Virus record (IMG/VR): IMGVR_UViG_3300044262_000062
Span: 1 to 40,092 of that record
From: a virus
Taxonomy: Duplodnaviria > Caudoviricetes
Length of the DNA stretch: 40,092 nucleotides
Strand: one strand, 5' to 3'
Of the stretch, positions 16,442 to 26,277 are shown one piece after another. The notes under the pieces were generated by a model. The model worked only from the letters and a program-made list of their open reading frames with translations, made no database searches and had not been told where the DNA came from. The translations under genes were made by a program, and so were the position numbers. Numbering within the stretch: the first letter of the stretch is position 1; every line of letters begins with the position of its first letter.

Positions 16442-18450
16442 GCACGAGTGCCGGCACCCTGACGATCGACCTTGCCGCCGGCGTGGCCCGACTCGAAGCG
16501 GAGATGAAAAAGGCCACCAAGGACGTGCGTGGCGCCATGCAGGGCATCGATGGTGCGGTCAGTTCCGTCAAGAAGGGCTTTGCTGGCCTGGTGGCGGCGA
16601 TGGGCGCCGGCAGCTTCGCGGTGCTCATCAAAAGCGCCATGGAGTCGATCGACGCGACCGCCAAGCTCGCCGACCGGCTGGGGGTGGCCACCGACAAGAT
16701 GGCCGGCCTCAAGCACGCCGCCGACCTCGCCGGGGTTTCCCAGGAAACCTTGAGCACCGGCCTGCGCGGCATGACCCGCAGCGTGGCCGACGCGGCGTTC
16801 GGCCTCGGCGAGAGCGCCCGGGCCTACCAGCAGCTCGGGCTCTCGGCCCGTGAGCTTTCGGCCCTGGCGCCGGACCAGCAGCTGGAACGCATCATGACCT
16901 CGCTCGCGGGGGTGGAGAACGTCACCCAGCGCAACGCAATCGCGCAGCAGATCTTCGGCGCCCGGGCATCGGAGATGCTCAACCTGGTGGCCGACGGCGC
17001 CGAGGGTATCCGCCGCGCCACCGAGGACACCCGGGCCTGGGGTGTCGCGCTGTCGCGCGTGGATGCCGCCAAGGTGGAGATGGCCAACGACGCCATGACG
17101 CGCGCCAAGATGGCCGCCAGCGGCATCGTCAACACCATCGCCGTGCAACTCTCGCCGATCATCACAGCCATGGCCAACAAGTTCGCCGACTCTGCGCGCG
17201 AGGCCAACGGCTTCCGCGACGAGGTGGTGTCGGGGATGGAAACGGTCTCGGTGGTGGTGGCCTACGGGGCCAACGTGGTGCGCGGGCTGCAGGTGGTGTG
17301 GGTGGGGCTCAAGGTGGTGGTGGCCGAGGCCATCAATGCCATCGTGCAAGGCATCGCCTCGGTGGACCGCGCGTTCACCGATTTCATGAATTTCTTCGGC
17401 GAGTCCTGGGTCGGCCAGAAGATGGGCGTTCCCGCCGCCGAGTACGCCGCCACCCTGCAGGACATCGCCGACATCAGCGGCATCCGGATGCAGGAAATCC
17501 GCGGCGAGTTCGACGCGCTGGCGAGCCAGCCGCTGCCGGCCGACAACGTGCTCGCATGGTTTGCCGAGGTCAAGGCCGCCGCCCAGCAGGGCGCCGAGGA
17601 AATCGCCGCCGCCCGCGCCGCCGCCATGGGTGGCGGCGGGCAGATCAACCCGGCCGCCAACAAGGAATTCTCCGGCCAGGACAAAGTGGCCAATGACATC
17701 CTCAAGATGCAGGAGTCGTTCGCCACCGAGCAGGAAGTGCTGGCCGAGCAGCTGATGCAAAAGCAGATGCTGCTCGACAACGCCTACATGCTGGACGTGG
17801 TCTCGCTCCAGACCTACGAGGAAATGAAGGCCGGCCTCGAGAACCAATACCAGGCCCAGCGCGCCCAGGTTATGGACAAATGGCGCGCGCGGGAATACGG
17901 CGCGCAATCGACCTGGATGGGGCAGGTCAACCAGCTGATGCAGGGCAGCTTCAACCAGCAGGTGCAGGGCGTGGGGATGATGCTCGGACAGATGAGCAAC
18001 CTCATGCAGTCGGGCAAGAAAAAGGAATTCGAGATCGGCAAGAAGGCGGCCATCGGCCAAGCGCTGGTGAACACCTATCTCGGCGTGTCGGCGGCACTCT
18101 CCTACGGCTTCCCGATCGGCCTCGTGTTCGCGGCCATCGCGCTTGCCACGGGGCTCGCCAATGTCAACCGCATTCGCGCGCAGAAGTTCGGCGGCGGTGG
18201 CGGCGCCACACCGGTGTTCAACGCCAGCCCCGGCGGTGGCATCCCGGACCCGATCGACTACAGCCGGCCGGAGCCGCCGCCCCCGACGCTGCAATCGGCA
18301 CAGCAGGCGAGCGCTCAGCCGCGCAACGTGAACGTCACGATGATCGGCTCGACCTTTTCGGCGGCGCAGGTTCGTGACGAGTTGATTCCGTTGATCAATG
18401 ACGCATCGGGTGACGGTGTCAGTATCAATGTGCGGACATTGACGGCATAG
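16438..18450 (+). CDS. Tape measure protein
   Basis: 670 aa Ala-rich helical protein after G/GT chaperones; GTLTIDL N-terminus. Confidence 0.9.
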   Translation: MSTSAGTLTIDLAAGVARLEAEMKKATKDVRGAMQGIDGAVSSVKKGFAGLVAAMGAGSFAVLIKSAMESIDATAKLADRLGVATDKMAGLKHAADLAGVSQETLSTGLRGMTRSVADAAFGLGESARAYQQLGLSARELSALAPDQQLERIMTSLAGVENVTQRNAIAQQIFGARASEMLNLVADGAEGIRRATEDTRAWGVALSRVDAAKVEMANDAMTRAKMAASGIVNTIAVQLSPIITAMANKFADSAREANGFRDEVVSGMETVSVVVAYGANVVRGLQVVWVGLKVVVAEAINAIVQGIASVDRAFTDFMNFFGESWVGQKMGVPAAEYAATLQDIADISGIRMQEIRGEFDALASQPLPADNVLAWFAEVKAAAQQGAEEIAAARAAAMGGGGQINPAANKEFSGQDKVANDILKMQESFATEQEVLAEQLMQKQMLLDNAYMLDVVSLQTYEEMKAGLENQYQAQRAQVMDKWRAREYGAQSTWMGQVNQLMQGSFNQQVQGVGMMLGQMSNLMQSGKKKEFEIGKKAAIGQALVNTYLGVSAALSYGFPIGLVFAAIALATGLANVNRIRAQKFGGGGGATPVFNASPGGGIPDPIDYSRPEPPPPTLQSAQQASAQPRNVNVTMIGSTFSAAQVRDELIPLINDASGDGVSINVRTLTA

Positions 18451-18452
18451 CC

Positions 18453-19208
18453 ATGGCCACCGATTACCCCAAGATCCTGCACGACAACCGCCTCGACGAC
18501 GGCACGCCTGTCGCCTCGACCACGGCGGTCGGGTACAGCGTGTTGAACCTGCGCGACTTCCGGCCCTACACCTGGTGGAAGCCGACGGCGTTGCCGGCCA
18601 CGGTGACGGTGGACTGCGGGTCGGCGCAGGCCGTGGATTACTGGGCGGTGTACGGGCACGACCTCTTTACCAAGGGCGCGACCATCGAGCTGCGCGGCTC
18701 CACCGACAACTTCGCGGCCAGCGATGTGCTGGTGGATACGCTCACCCCCGCGAGCGACGACCCGTTCGTGCGGCTGGTGGCGAGCGTGTCGTACCGCTAC
18801 TGGCGGCTGCGGATCACCGGCGCCACCATGCCCTCGCTCGCCATCGCGGCGCTCGGCGTGGCGCTGGACATTCCGGCCTATCTCGCCAGCGGCTTCGACC
18901 CGATCGGGCGGGTGATCAAGGGGCAGGCCAACCGCTCGGAGCTGGGGCACCCCATCGGGCGCACGGTGCGCTACGAGGAGTGGGCCGAATCGCTCAAGTT
19001 CGAGCTGGTCACCTGGGCCTGGGTGCGCGCCACCTGGCTGCCGGCCTGGCGGCTGCACGTGGGCCGCGACCCGTTCCTGTTCGTGTGGGACCCGGTGTCG
19101 CACCTCGACGAAGCGCGGCTGGTGGCGGTGAAAGACCAGTTCAAGACCCCGCACCGGCCGGGGAGTTACTGCGATCTGAGCTTCGACGTTGTTGGGGTGG
19201 TGTCATGA
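18453..19208 (+). CDS. Distal tail/tail tip protein
   Basis: Directly after tape measure; beta-rich; YRYWRLRI discoidin-like motif. Confidence 0.7.
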   Translation: MATDYPKILHDNRLDDGTPVASTTAVGYSVLNLRDFRPYTWWKPTALPATVTVDCGSAQAVDYWAVYGHDLFTKGATIELRGSTDNFAASDVLVDTLTPASDDPFVRLVASVSYRYWRLRITGATMPSLAIAALGVALDIPAYLASGFDPIGRVIKGQANRSELGHPIGRTVRYEEWAESLKFELVTWAWVRATWLPAWRLHVGRDPFLFVWDPVSHLDEARLVAVKDQFKTPHRPGSYCDLSFDVVGVVS

Positions 19209-21373
19209 CCGACTTCGCCCGCATCCCGGTCACGGTGTTGGAAATGGACATCGACACCTGTTCGCTCACTTATGGCGTGGCGCCCTGTACCGCATCCGGG
19301 GGTGTGGGCAACGAGTGCTACAACACCTTCAAGACCTGCCAGGACAAGGCCAACTACACGCGGGCCACGAAGACCTACCAGTTCATCACCACCGGCAGCC
19401 CGTTGCCGGCCGGTGAGAAGCTGCGGCCGTACATCAAGCAGGTGAAGTTCGCGCCCACCGAGATCGACCCGGATGCCGGCATCGCCCGCCGGGCGTCGGT
19501 ATCGCTCACGCTGGTGGACGAGCCGGATAACGATGCCGACACCGACCCCTATGCGTCTACCCGCGCCACGCCGGCGCAGGGCACGTTCTGGTCGCGGTTC
19601 TTCGCACGCAACCACAACTACAGCGGGCGCCCGGCGCGCATCCGGCGGGCGTACCTGACGGGCGGTTTTAACTGGGGCGATTTTGTTACCGAGCTCTACC
19701 AGATCGAGGCCATGAAAGGCCCTAGCTCGCGCGACGAGATCACCATCACGCTCAAAGACCCGCTCAAGCTCACCGACCGGGTGAAGGTGCCGCGGCCCAC
19801 GGCCGGCAAGCTGGCGGTGGCGCTCGCCACCAACGACCTGCAAATGACCCTGCGGGCGCTGGACGGGCCGGATTATCCGGACGCCGGCTATGTGCGCGTT
19901 GGCGATCAGGTGATCCGCTACACCGACAAGCGCGTGGCGGTGGGGTGGAACTTCAGCGCCGAGTCGGAAGGCTGGGTGGCGACCAATGCCAGCGTGGTGC
20001 ACAACGCGGCCACCATCACCTTCACGCCCTCGGCCGCCGACCCGCAGTTTGCGAAAACCGGCATCACACCGTTTGCCGGCGGCAATAACCGCTATGTGCA
20101 CGTGCGCCTGAAGCGCGTGAGCGGCACCGGAACCTGGGATGGGCGGCTTTACTACTCCACCGCCGGCCACGGCTTTACCGCCAGCTACTACAAAGACATC
20201 GCGGTGCCGGCCGGAATCGCCTCGGATTTCGTGGTGGCGACCTGGGACATGTCCGCGCTCACGGCCGGCGGCACGGACTGGATGACGAACGACATCACCG
20301 GGCTGCGGCTCGATGTCGACACCGGCACCGGTGCGGTGTACGAGATCGACTGGATTGCCTACTCGGACGAGGCCAGTTATTCGGCCGACGTGCTCAGCTG
20401 GCCGGACAGCACCTACCGCTCGCAGTTCGGCACCACCGCGGTGGCGGCCAAGATCGGCGATGGCGTGCAGCTGTGCCAGGCGTGGGTAGACCAGCCGTTT
20501 TCCACGGTGGTGGAAGACCTGCTGAACCTCAGCGGCATCGAGGATGCGCAGATCGACCTCGCCGGGCTGGCCGAGGAGGAAAACACCTGGCTCGGCACGA
20601 AGTACCACGTAACCGCCTGCCTGGTGGAGCCCGAGGACGTGTCGGACCTGCTTGGCGAGCTCGCCCAGCAAAGCGGCGGGGTGTTCTGGTGGTCGCCGGT
20701 GGACCAGAAGGTGAAGTACAAAGTGATCGGCCCCATGGCGCCCGCCGCCACGGCCAGCAACACCGTGACGGACGAAGCCAACCTGATCAGTGATTCGGTG
20801 CAGGTGGAATCGCTCGACCAACTGCGGCTCACCTTTGCCGGTGTCTATTACGACCTGGTGTCGGCCGTGGCCAACCGCAAGGAGGCCAAGAACTTCCTGC
20901 GCGGCGAGCTTTACATCGACGCCGACGCCGAGAGCGCCAACGAGTACGGCGACCGGCGCCAGGCGCTCACCTACTCGCGCTGGTTCACCGCCGCCAACGC
21001 CAGCGCCATGAAGGCGTGGGCGAGCCGGCGCATTTCCTATTACCGCGACGCCCCGAAGAAGGTGGATTTCAAGCTCGACCCGAAGGATGCCGCGATCAAG
21101 GAAGGCCAGCTCTACGACCTGACCACCGACCAGATTGTGGACGTCGACGGCGCGGCAAAAACCGCGCGGGTGCTGATTACCAAGCGCCAGGACAACGGCG
21201 ACAGCATCAGCGTGACCGCGCGCACCACCACCTTCGACCGGCGCTACGCCTTCATCGCCCCGGCCGGGCATCCGGATTACCTGGCCGCGAGTGAGGCGCA
21301 GCGCGGCTATGCGTTCATCTGCAACTCGAGCGGCAAGATGAGCAACGGCGATGACGGCTACCTGATCATCTGA
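19205..21373 (+). CDS. Tail tip hub protein with inserted carbohydrate-binding-like domain
   Basis: ATGA overlap; Cys cluster CSLTYGVAPC...ECYNTFKTCQD; insertion ~19934-20368. Confidence 0.78.
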   Translation: MTDFARIPVTVLEMDIDTCSLTYGVAPCTASGGVGNECYNTFKTCQDKANYTRATKTYQFITTGSPLPAGEKLRPYIKQVKFAPTEIDPDAGIARRASVSLTLVDEPDNDADTDPYASTRATPAQGTFWSRFFARNHNYSGRPARIRRAYLTGGFNWGDFVTELYQIEAMKGPSSRDEITITLKDPLKLTDRVKVPRPTAGKLAVALATNDLQMTLRALDGPDYPDAGYVRVGDQVIRYTDKRVAVGWNFSAESEGWVATNASVVHNAATITFTPSAADPQFAKTGITPFAGGNNRYVHVRLKRVSGTGTWDGRLYYSTAGHGFTASYYKDIAVPAGIASDFVVATWDMSALTAGGTDWMTNDITGLRLDVDTGTGAVYEIDWIAYSDEASYSADVLSWPDSTYRSQFGTTAVAAKIGDGVQLCQAWVDQPFSTVVEDLLNLSGIEDAQIDLAGLAEEENTWLGTKYHVTACLVEPEDVSDLLGELAQQSGGVFWWSPVDQKVKYKVIGPMAPAATASNTVTDEANLISDSVQVESLDQLRLTFAGVYYDLVSAVANRKEAKNFLRGELYIDADAESANEYGDRRQALTYSRWFTAANASAMKAWASRRISYYRDAPKKVDFKLDPKDAAIKEGQLYDLTTDQIVDVDGAAKTARVLITKRQDNGDSISVTARTTTFDRRYAFIAPAGHPDYLAASEAQRGYAFICNSSGKMSNGDDGYLII

Positions 21374-21379
21374 GGATTT

Positions 21380-21622
21380 ATGAGCGACCCGACCGACACC
21401 CGCCGCCAGGTGGAAACGCCCGGCAATGTGTTCGTGGAATGCCCGCTCGCCGGCAAGAAGCTGGTGCCGGTCGCGCGCTGCAATAAATGCGAGCACTACG
21501 TGGGCCTGCTCGAGCGCTTTCCGGACGAGAAGATACCGTTCGCCAAGCGCTTCATGGTGGGCTGCCGCCATCCCTTCGCGCGCGCACTTTTCGAGGTGGA
21601 CCTGAATGCCGGCACCGAGTAA
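21380..21622 (+). CDS. Small four-Cys protein
   Basis: GAGGA SD; ECPL...RCNKC...GCRHP. Confidence 0.6.
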   Translation: MSDPTDTRRQVETPGNVFVECPLAGKKLVPVARCNKCEHYVGLLERFPDEKIPFAKRFMVGCRHPFARALFEVDLNAGTE

Positions 21623-21836
21623 GAACTTTACCGCGATCGCCGACGCGGCGGTTGATGTCGATTCGGCTATCGACGAGACGCTGATGACCGCGTATCGCGA
21701 CCGCGACCAGAACCTCTACGAGTGGATCGGCTACGGCTACACCCCCGCCCAGGCGCACGACCACGACGGCGTGAACTCGAAGCTGCTGCCGAGCGTGATT
21801 ATGGGCAACATTTTCGCATACACACACTTCACCTGA
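21606..21836 (+). CDS. Small tail-associated protein
   Basis: GAGGT SD; FTAIADAAVDVDS...HDHDGVNS. Confidence 0.7.
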   Translation: MPAPSKNFTAIADAAVDVDSAIDETLMTAYRDRDQNLYEWIGYGYTPAQAHDHDGVNSKLLPSVIMGNIFAYTHFT

Positions 21837-21848
21837 CGGGGATACCCG

Positions 21849-22262
21849 ATGACAACAGCCGCGCAGTTCATCTCCTCGCCCAACAAAGGCACGCCGGCCA
21901 CGCTTACGGCCGCGAACACGTCGACCGACGGCACCGGCGCCACCGGCCGGGCGCTGATCTTCACGGCCGCCGCCGGCGGTTCCAAGCTGCCGGCGGTGCT
22001 GATTGAGCACCTGGGAACCAACGTGCAGAGCCTGATCCGTATATTCCGGAACAACGGCTCGGACCCGGAAGTGGCCGCAAACAACAATCTGATTTCCGAG
22101 GTCACTGTGCTGGCGAACACGCTTTCCCAAACGGTGGCTTCGGTTCCTTACGTTGCGGCAATCAACGCAAACCTCGAGTCGGGGGAGCGGATCTACGCAT
22201 GCCTTGCCACGGCGGTGGCGGCGGGGCTCAAGATTTCGCCGTACAATGGCGGTGATTATTAG
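21849..22262 (+). CDS. Tail-associated structural protein
   Basis: TAANTSTDGTG...beta-rich 137 aa in tail cluster. Confidence 0.7.
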   Translation: MTTAAQFISSPNKGTPATLTAANTSTDGTGATGRALIFTAAAGGSKLPAVLIEHLGTNVQSLIRIFRNNGSDPEVAANNNLISEVTVLANTLSQTVASVPYVAAINANLESGERIYACLATAVAAGLKISPYNGGDY

Positions 22263-22265
22263 CCC

Positions 22266-23012
22266 ATGCTCCACAACAATTTAAACGGTTGGTCGGGGGG
22301 GAACTATTCCCTGTACGACAACCTGTGGCTATTTACCGCCGGGGATGTAAATGGTGGCGGTGTGTTCATCGCCCCGCGAACCGGCTGGTATCTGCTCACC
22401 GGATGCGGCGGCGGCGGTGCCGGTGGCGGTGTGAATCTTGCTACCGCGGCCGGTGGCGGTGGCGGTAGCGGCGCCAGATGCATCAGGCTGCCTGTGTTCC
22501 TGATGGAGGGAGAAATCGTCCCTGTTCAGGTCGGCCGCCGAGGTTTTGGTGTGAATGGCGCAAACGGTGGTGCTGGAATTGACACCACTTTCGGCAGCTA
22601 TCTCACGCTTGGAGGCGGCCTCGGCGGAATTGTTGGAAACGGCGGGACACCGATCGGCGCCGGTGGCGCGGCGGGGCCCGTTTCCGGCATCCTTGCAGGT
22701 GAGGCATTTTTCGCGGAGAACGGCAATCCCGGCGGGAACGGGTCTGGTGTCCCAGCGGGTGGGCTAGGCGTTGGCCCTGGGTTTCCTCTGTACGGAAAAC
22801 TCGGCAATCGCTACATGGATAATATCCTGATAGACCTGATTCAAAGCGGCGACGGCGTACCGGGAACCACGAGCGGAACAAATAACAATGGTGTTGCCGG
22901 ACAAGGCTATGGTGTGTCCGGTTCCGGCGCGGTATCCACGGTCGCTGTTAACCGAATTGGTGGCAATGGCACTCCAGGAATCCTTTTCATCGAGATGCCG
23001 CTGGCGGCATGA
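22266..23012 (+). CDS. Glycine-rich tail fibre/receptor-binding protein candidate
   Basis: GGGGAGG, GGGGGSG, TTFGSYLTLGGG, GGNGTPGILFIE pattern; more T-ending codons than flanking genes. Confidence 0.7.
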   Translation: MLHNNLNGWSGGNYSLYDNLWLFTAGDVNGGGVFIAPRTGWYLLTGCGGGGAGGGVNLATAAGGGGGSGARCIRLPVFLMEGEIVPVQVGRRGFGVNGANGGAGIDTTFGSYLTLGGGLGGIVGNGGTPIGAGGAAGPVSGILAGEAFFAENGNPGGNGSGVPAGGLGVGPGFPLYGKLGNRYMDNILIDLIQSGDGVPGTTSGTNNNGVAGQGYGVSGSGAVSTVAVNRIGGNGTPGILFIEMPLAA

Positions 23013-23019
23013 GGGCGCA

Positions 23020-23544
23020 ATGAAATACATCAAAATCAAAATCATCGAGTACCGCGACAACCAGGCCCACGCCGATCTGCAAGCGGCCGCCGCCGAGCTT
23101 GCCGACCTCACCGCCCAGTACAACGCCGCCACGCGCAACGCCGCCGAGATCGACAAGCTCGCCAAGGCCTCCGGCCTGCCGGCGGATGCCGAGATCGCGG
23201 CGGCCGAGGCCGGCAAGGCCCGCGCGCTGGCCTCGGCACTCATCGCCGCGCGCGGTAAGGTGAGCTACGCCTCGGAAGCCCACAGCAAGAAGGCGCGCGG
23301 GCATGCCAAGGTTGGAACCTTCGGCTACCAGGAGCTGACGCCCGACACGCTGGAACTCGTGCGGCTGGTCGACGAGCAAGGCAATCCGTTCCCGGCCGAT
23401 GCTGTGTTCGGTTACGAGGTGGAAGACGCCAACCCGCCGATGCCGAAGTGGGGTATTCCGGATCCGATGACAGAGCCTGATCCACTTCAGCAGCTGGGAA
23501 ATGAGATCAGCGCGGCCTTCGACAAGAAAGATCCGCTCTATTAG
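23020..23544 (+). CDS. Hypothetical tail-region protein with coiled-coil insertion
   Basis: GAGG SD; C-terminal part resembles N-terminus of next gene. Confidence 0.7.
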   Translation: MKYIKIKIIEYRDNQAHADLQAAAAELADLTAQYNAATRNAAEIDKLAKASGLPADAEIAAAEAGKARALASALIAARGKVSYASEAHSKKARGHAKVGTFGYQELTPDTLELVRLVDEQGNPFPADAVFGYEVEDANPPMPKWGIPDPMTEPDPLQQLGNEISAAFDKKDPLY

Positions 23545-23546
23545 CG

Positions 23547-24275
23547 ATGCGCTACTACAAGTGCCGCACCCCGGCCGGCGCGGTGCTGTGGCAGGAGATC
23601 ACCGACGACGGCGCGGCCGTGGTGCGGCTGCTCGATGCAGATGGCGCCGAGTTGCCGGCTGATGCAGCGATCAGCTACACGATTGAATCCACCGACCCGG
23701 TGCTGTGGCCGCTCGAGTTGCTGCCGGCCGCCAAAGCGCGCTGGCGGCGACTGCTCACAGCAGCCTACGAGGCGGCGGTGGTGCGCGATTACCCATCGGC
23801 GGCGCTCGGGGCGGTGTACACCTACCCGGCCGGACTGATCGACAAGCTCTACATGAACGCGCGGGTGTCGCAGGCGCTGGTGGTGCAGGCCACCGTTCCC
23901 TTGTGGACGCCAGCGGCGGTAGTTACCACCCGCAAGGTCATCCGCCCCACGGTGTGGAACGGCTGGATCTACATTTGCTCGGCGGCCGGCATTACCGGAG
24001 CCACTGAACCCGCCTGGCCGGTGGTAAAGGGCGAGCAGGTGCGCGACGGCACGGCCGCCTGGCTGGCCTGGGAGCAATGGACCGGCCGGTTTATCTGCAA
24101 AGATGGCGGCGACTACGTGCGCCGCGACCACAGCCCCGAGGAGATCATTCAGGTTGGCATGGAGGGCGCGGCGTTCGTGCAGGCCCAGCTCGACCGACGC
24201 GATGCGCTGGCCGCCCAAGTGGATGCGGCGGCCGACCTGCAGGCGCTCAATGCCGTTGATTTGTCGTTTCCCTGA
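23547..24275 (+). CDS. Tail fibre assembly-like protein (DUF4376-like C-terminus) with Trp-rich module
   Basis: SAALGAVYTYP; WTPAAVV...YICSAAGITGATEPAWP...RDGTAAW; ALAAQVDAAADLQALNAVDL. Confidence 0.62.
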   Translation: MRYYKCRTPAGAVLWQEITDDGAAVVRLLDADGAELPADAAISYTIESTDPVLWPLELLPAAKARWRRLLTAAYEAAVVRDYPSAALGAVYTYPAGLIDKLYMNARVSQALVVQATVPLWTPAAVVTTRKVIRPTVWNGWIYICSAAGITGATEPAWPVVKGEQVRDGTAAWLAWEQWTGRFICKDGGDYVRRDHSPEEIIQVGMEGAAFVQAQLDRRDALAAQVDAAADLQALNAVDLSFP

Positions 24276-24290
24276 TTTCAACCGCCATTC

Positions 24291-24316
24291 GGCCCGCCTC
24301 GCGCGGGCCTTTTTTT
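24291..24316 (+). terminator. Intrinsic terminator after tail genes
   Basis: GGCCCGC-CTCGC-GCGGGCC + T7. Confidence 0.85.
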
Positions 24317-24338
24317 GATTTTCGGAGAACCACCACGC

Positions 24339-24845
24339 ATGAGCCCGCCACTGCCCGCACCCGATCCGGACCATGTGCCCTGGTATATGTGGGCACTGGG
24401 CGCCATGAGCACGGCGGCTGGGTGGCTGGCGGCGAAACTGGTGGGGCGATTCTGGCGGCAGGCGGACAACAACGGCGAGCACCTGCGCGAGGACATCAAC
24501 AAGGTCAACGATCGCCTGGCCGCGCACGGCGAGCGCATCACCCACCTCGAGAGCGGCGCCGTGACGCAGGACTACGTGCACGACGTGGTGAGCGGTGTGA
24601 CGCGCGATTTCCACCGCGACCATGGACGGCTGGAATCCACCTTGGTGCAGCGCATCGTTGAGAGCGAGAAGCGCACCACGGGTCGGGTGACCGACACCGT
24701 GGCTGCCTGCAACAACGCGCTGCGAAACGAAATGCGGCTGCTGAGCGAAAGCAGCGACAAGCGGTTCGACGCCATCGCCGACCTGCTGCGCGACCTGCTC
24801 AAGATCGTCACCGCGCAACGTGCCACGCAACGCAAAGACGATTGA
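24339..24845 (+). CDS. Membrane-anchored coiled-coil lysis-module protein (holin/antiholin candidate)
   Basis: GGAG SD; single N-terminal TM then heptad-rich region; first gene of lysis cassette. Confidence 0.6.
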   Translation: MSPPLPAPDPDHVPWYMWALGAMSTAAGWLAAKLVGRFWRQADNNGEHLREDINKVNDRLAAHGERITHLESGAVTQDYVHDVVSGVTRDFHRDHGRLESTLVQRIVESEKRTTGRVTDTVAACNNALRNEMRLLSESSDKRFDAIADLLRDLLKIVTAQRATQRKDD

Positions 24846-24852
24846 GGCGCCC

Positions 24853-25455
24853 ATGCTGATCTTAAGCCCCGGCCACTACCCCGCCGATCCTGGCGCCTGT
24901 TTCCAGGCTGGCCAGCGGCTGTACTGCGAGCACGGCGAAGCGCTCGACTGGGTTCACCGCATTGCCCATTACGCCCGCCAGCGGGTGATGGTAGACATCG
25001 CCCCGGGCCTGTGGCTGGGCGACAAGGTGCGCTGGATCAACCGCCATGCGCCGCGCGCCGAGCTGGCGGCGGAGATTCACTTCAACAGTGACCCCAAGCG
25101 CGCCGGCCGCGGGAGCGAGACGCTTTATTGCCCAGGCAGCGAAGCCGGGGCGCTGGCCGCGCGCATCGTGCAGGGCTCGATGGCCGGCCTCTTTCCGCCA
25201 GACCGCGGCGCGATCGAGGGCTGGTATCGCATGGACCGTCCGGGGCATGTGGATTATCCGGGCGACGTGGAGGGCGATGAGCGCGTCGATTACTTCCTCA
25301 AAGCCACCGCCTGCCCGGCGCTGATCCTGGAGCCGGAATTCATCCACAACCGCCAGAAGCTCCACGACCAGCGCGACACCGCCTGCGAGCGCATCGCCGA
25401 GGCGCTGGTGGAGGCGCTGGCGGCCCTTCAAGCCGGACAACCCCGGAGACCCTGA
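24853..25455 (+). CDS. Endolysin, N-acetylmuramoyl-L-alanine amidase (Amidase_3)
   Basis: ILSPGH...E...EIHFNS...GSETLY...LILEPEFI zinc-amidase motifs. Confidence 0.88.
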   Translation: MLILSPGHYPADPGACFQAGQRLYCEHGEALDWVHRIAHYARQRVMVDIAPGLWLGDKVRWINRHAPRAELAAEIHFNSDPKRAGRGSETLYCPGSEAGALAARIVQGSMAGLFPPDRGAIEGWYRMDRPGHVDYPGDVEGDERVDYFLKATACPALILEPEFIHNRQKLHDQRDTACERIAEALVEALAALQAGQPRRP

Positions 25456-25456
25456 C

Positions 25457-25861
25457 ATGCTCGAAACCCTGCTGCAGCAGTACCTCGCGCCACTAGCGCA
25501 ATGGGTGGCCGGCCTGTTCACTCCGGCCGAGTGGAAGGCGTTCGTGCTGCTGATCGCCGTGACCCTCGCCGCCACCCACACGATCAAGGTCATCTGGCGC
25601 CTAGCGCCGATTTCCGGCCCCTCGCACCGGCAGGTTTATCTTGTCACGGCCGGCATCGGCTTTCTGGTCGCCTGGCCGATCTGGCCGGCTGGTTTCGATT
25701 GGTGGATCCCGGGCGTGCTGGCCGGCCCGGCCGCCGCGCTCGCCTTCAAGGCCGGCTTCTACCTGATCAAGAAATTCGCCCCCGGGATGGCCGCCGCCAT
25801 CAACGCCGACCGGCGCCGGCGGGAAGTCGGCCCGCCGGGCGGGTTCGAGCGGAGGAAATGA
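25457..25861 (+). CDS. Holin candidate
   Basis: Three hydrophobic segments, basic C-terminus, between endolysin and spanins. Confidence 0.7.
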   Translation: MLETLLQQYLAPLAQWVAGLFTPAEWKAFVLLIAVTLAATHTIKVIWRLAPISGPSHRQVYLVTAGIGFLVAWPIWPAGFDWWIPGVLAGPAAALAFKAGFYLIKKFAPGMAAAINADRRRREVGPPGGFERRK

Positions 25862-26277
25862 CCATGGGCATCACCACCAAGATCCTAGCCGCCCTGGTAC
25901 TTGGCCTCGGCCTCATCAGCGGTCTGCAAACGCTCCGGGTGCATGGGCTCAAGGCCGAGGCGGCCGAGACCCATGCGCGGCATGCGCAAGCCCTGGCCGC
26001 CGCGCTCGATCGCCAGGCGGCCGACCTCTCGGCGCAGACGCTGGCCGAGCGGCAGGCCCGCGAGGCCCGCGAACGGCAAATTGCCGGGCTCACGGCCCGG
26101 CTCAAGCAGATGGAGGATTACTATGCGCGCCTTGCTCCTGTGCTGCACGCTTACCTTGACGGCCTGCTCGACCGCGCCGGCCAACCCGCAGGGCTGGTGC
26201 CCGCCGGTTCCGGCCCACCTGCTCGAGCCCGCATCGCTACAGGCCGAGCGCCTGCCACCGGCGCCGAGCAACGCTGA
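25858..26277 (+). CDS. Rz: Inner-membrane spanin
   Basis: N-terminal TM then Ala/Gln/Arg coiled coil. Confidence 0.78.
   Translation: MTMGITTKILAALVLGLGLISGLQTLRVHGLKAEAAETHARHAQALAAALDRQAADLSAQTLAERQAREARERQIAGLTARLKQMEDYYARLAPVLHAYLDGLLDRAGQPAGLVPAGSGPPARARIATGRAPATGAEQR

Noticed and set aside
14514-21571. Long antisense or alternate-frame ORFs (14514-16100, 14531-16441, 16315-18294, 19166-21571; similarly 5925-7526, 9684-11060, 27745-28863)
   Set aside because: Shadow ORFs caused by high GC3 in real genes, with no recognisable motifs; only the last ~125 codons of 14531-16441 are real (GT frame).
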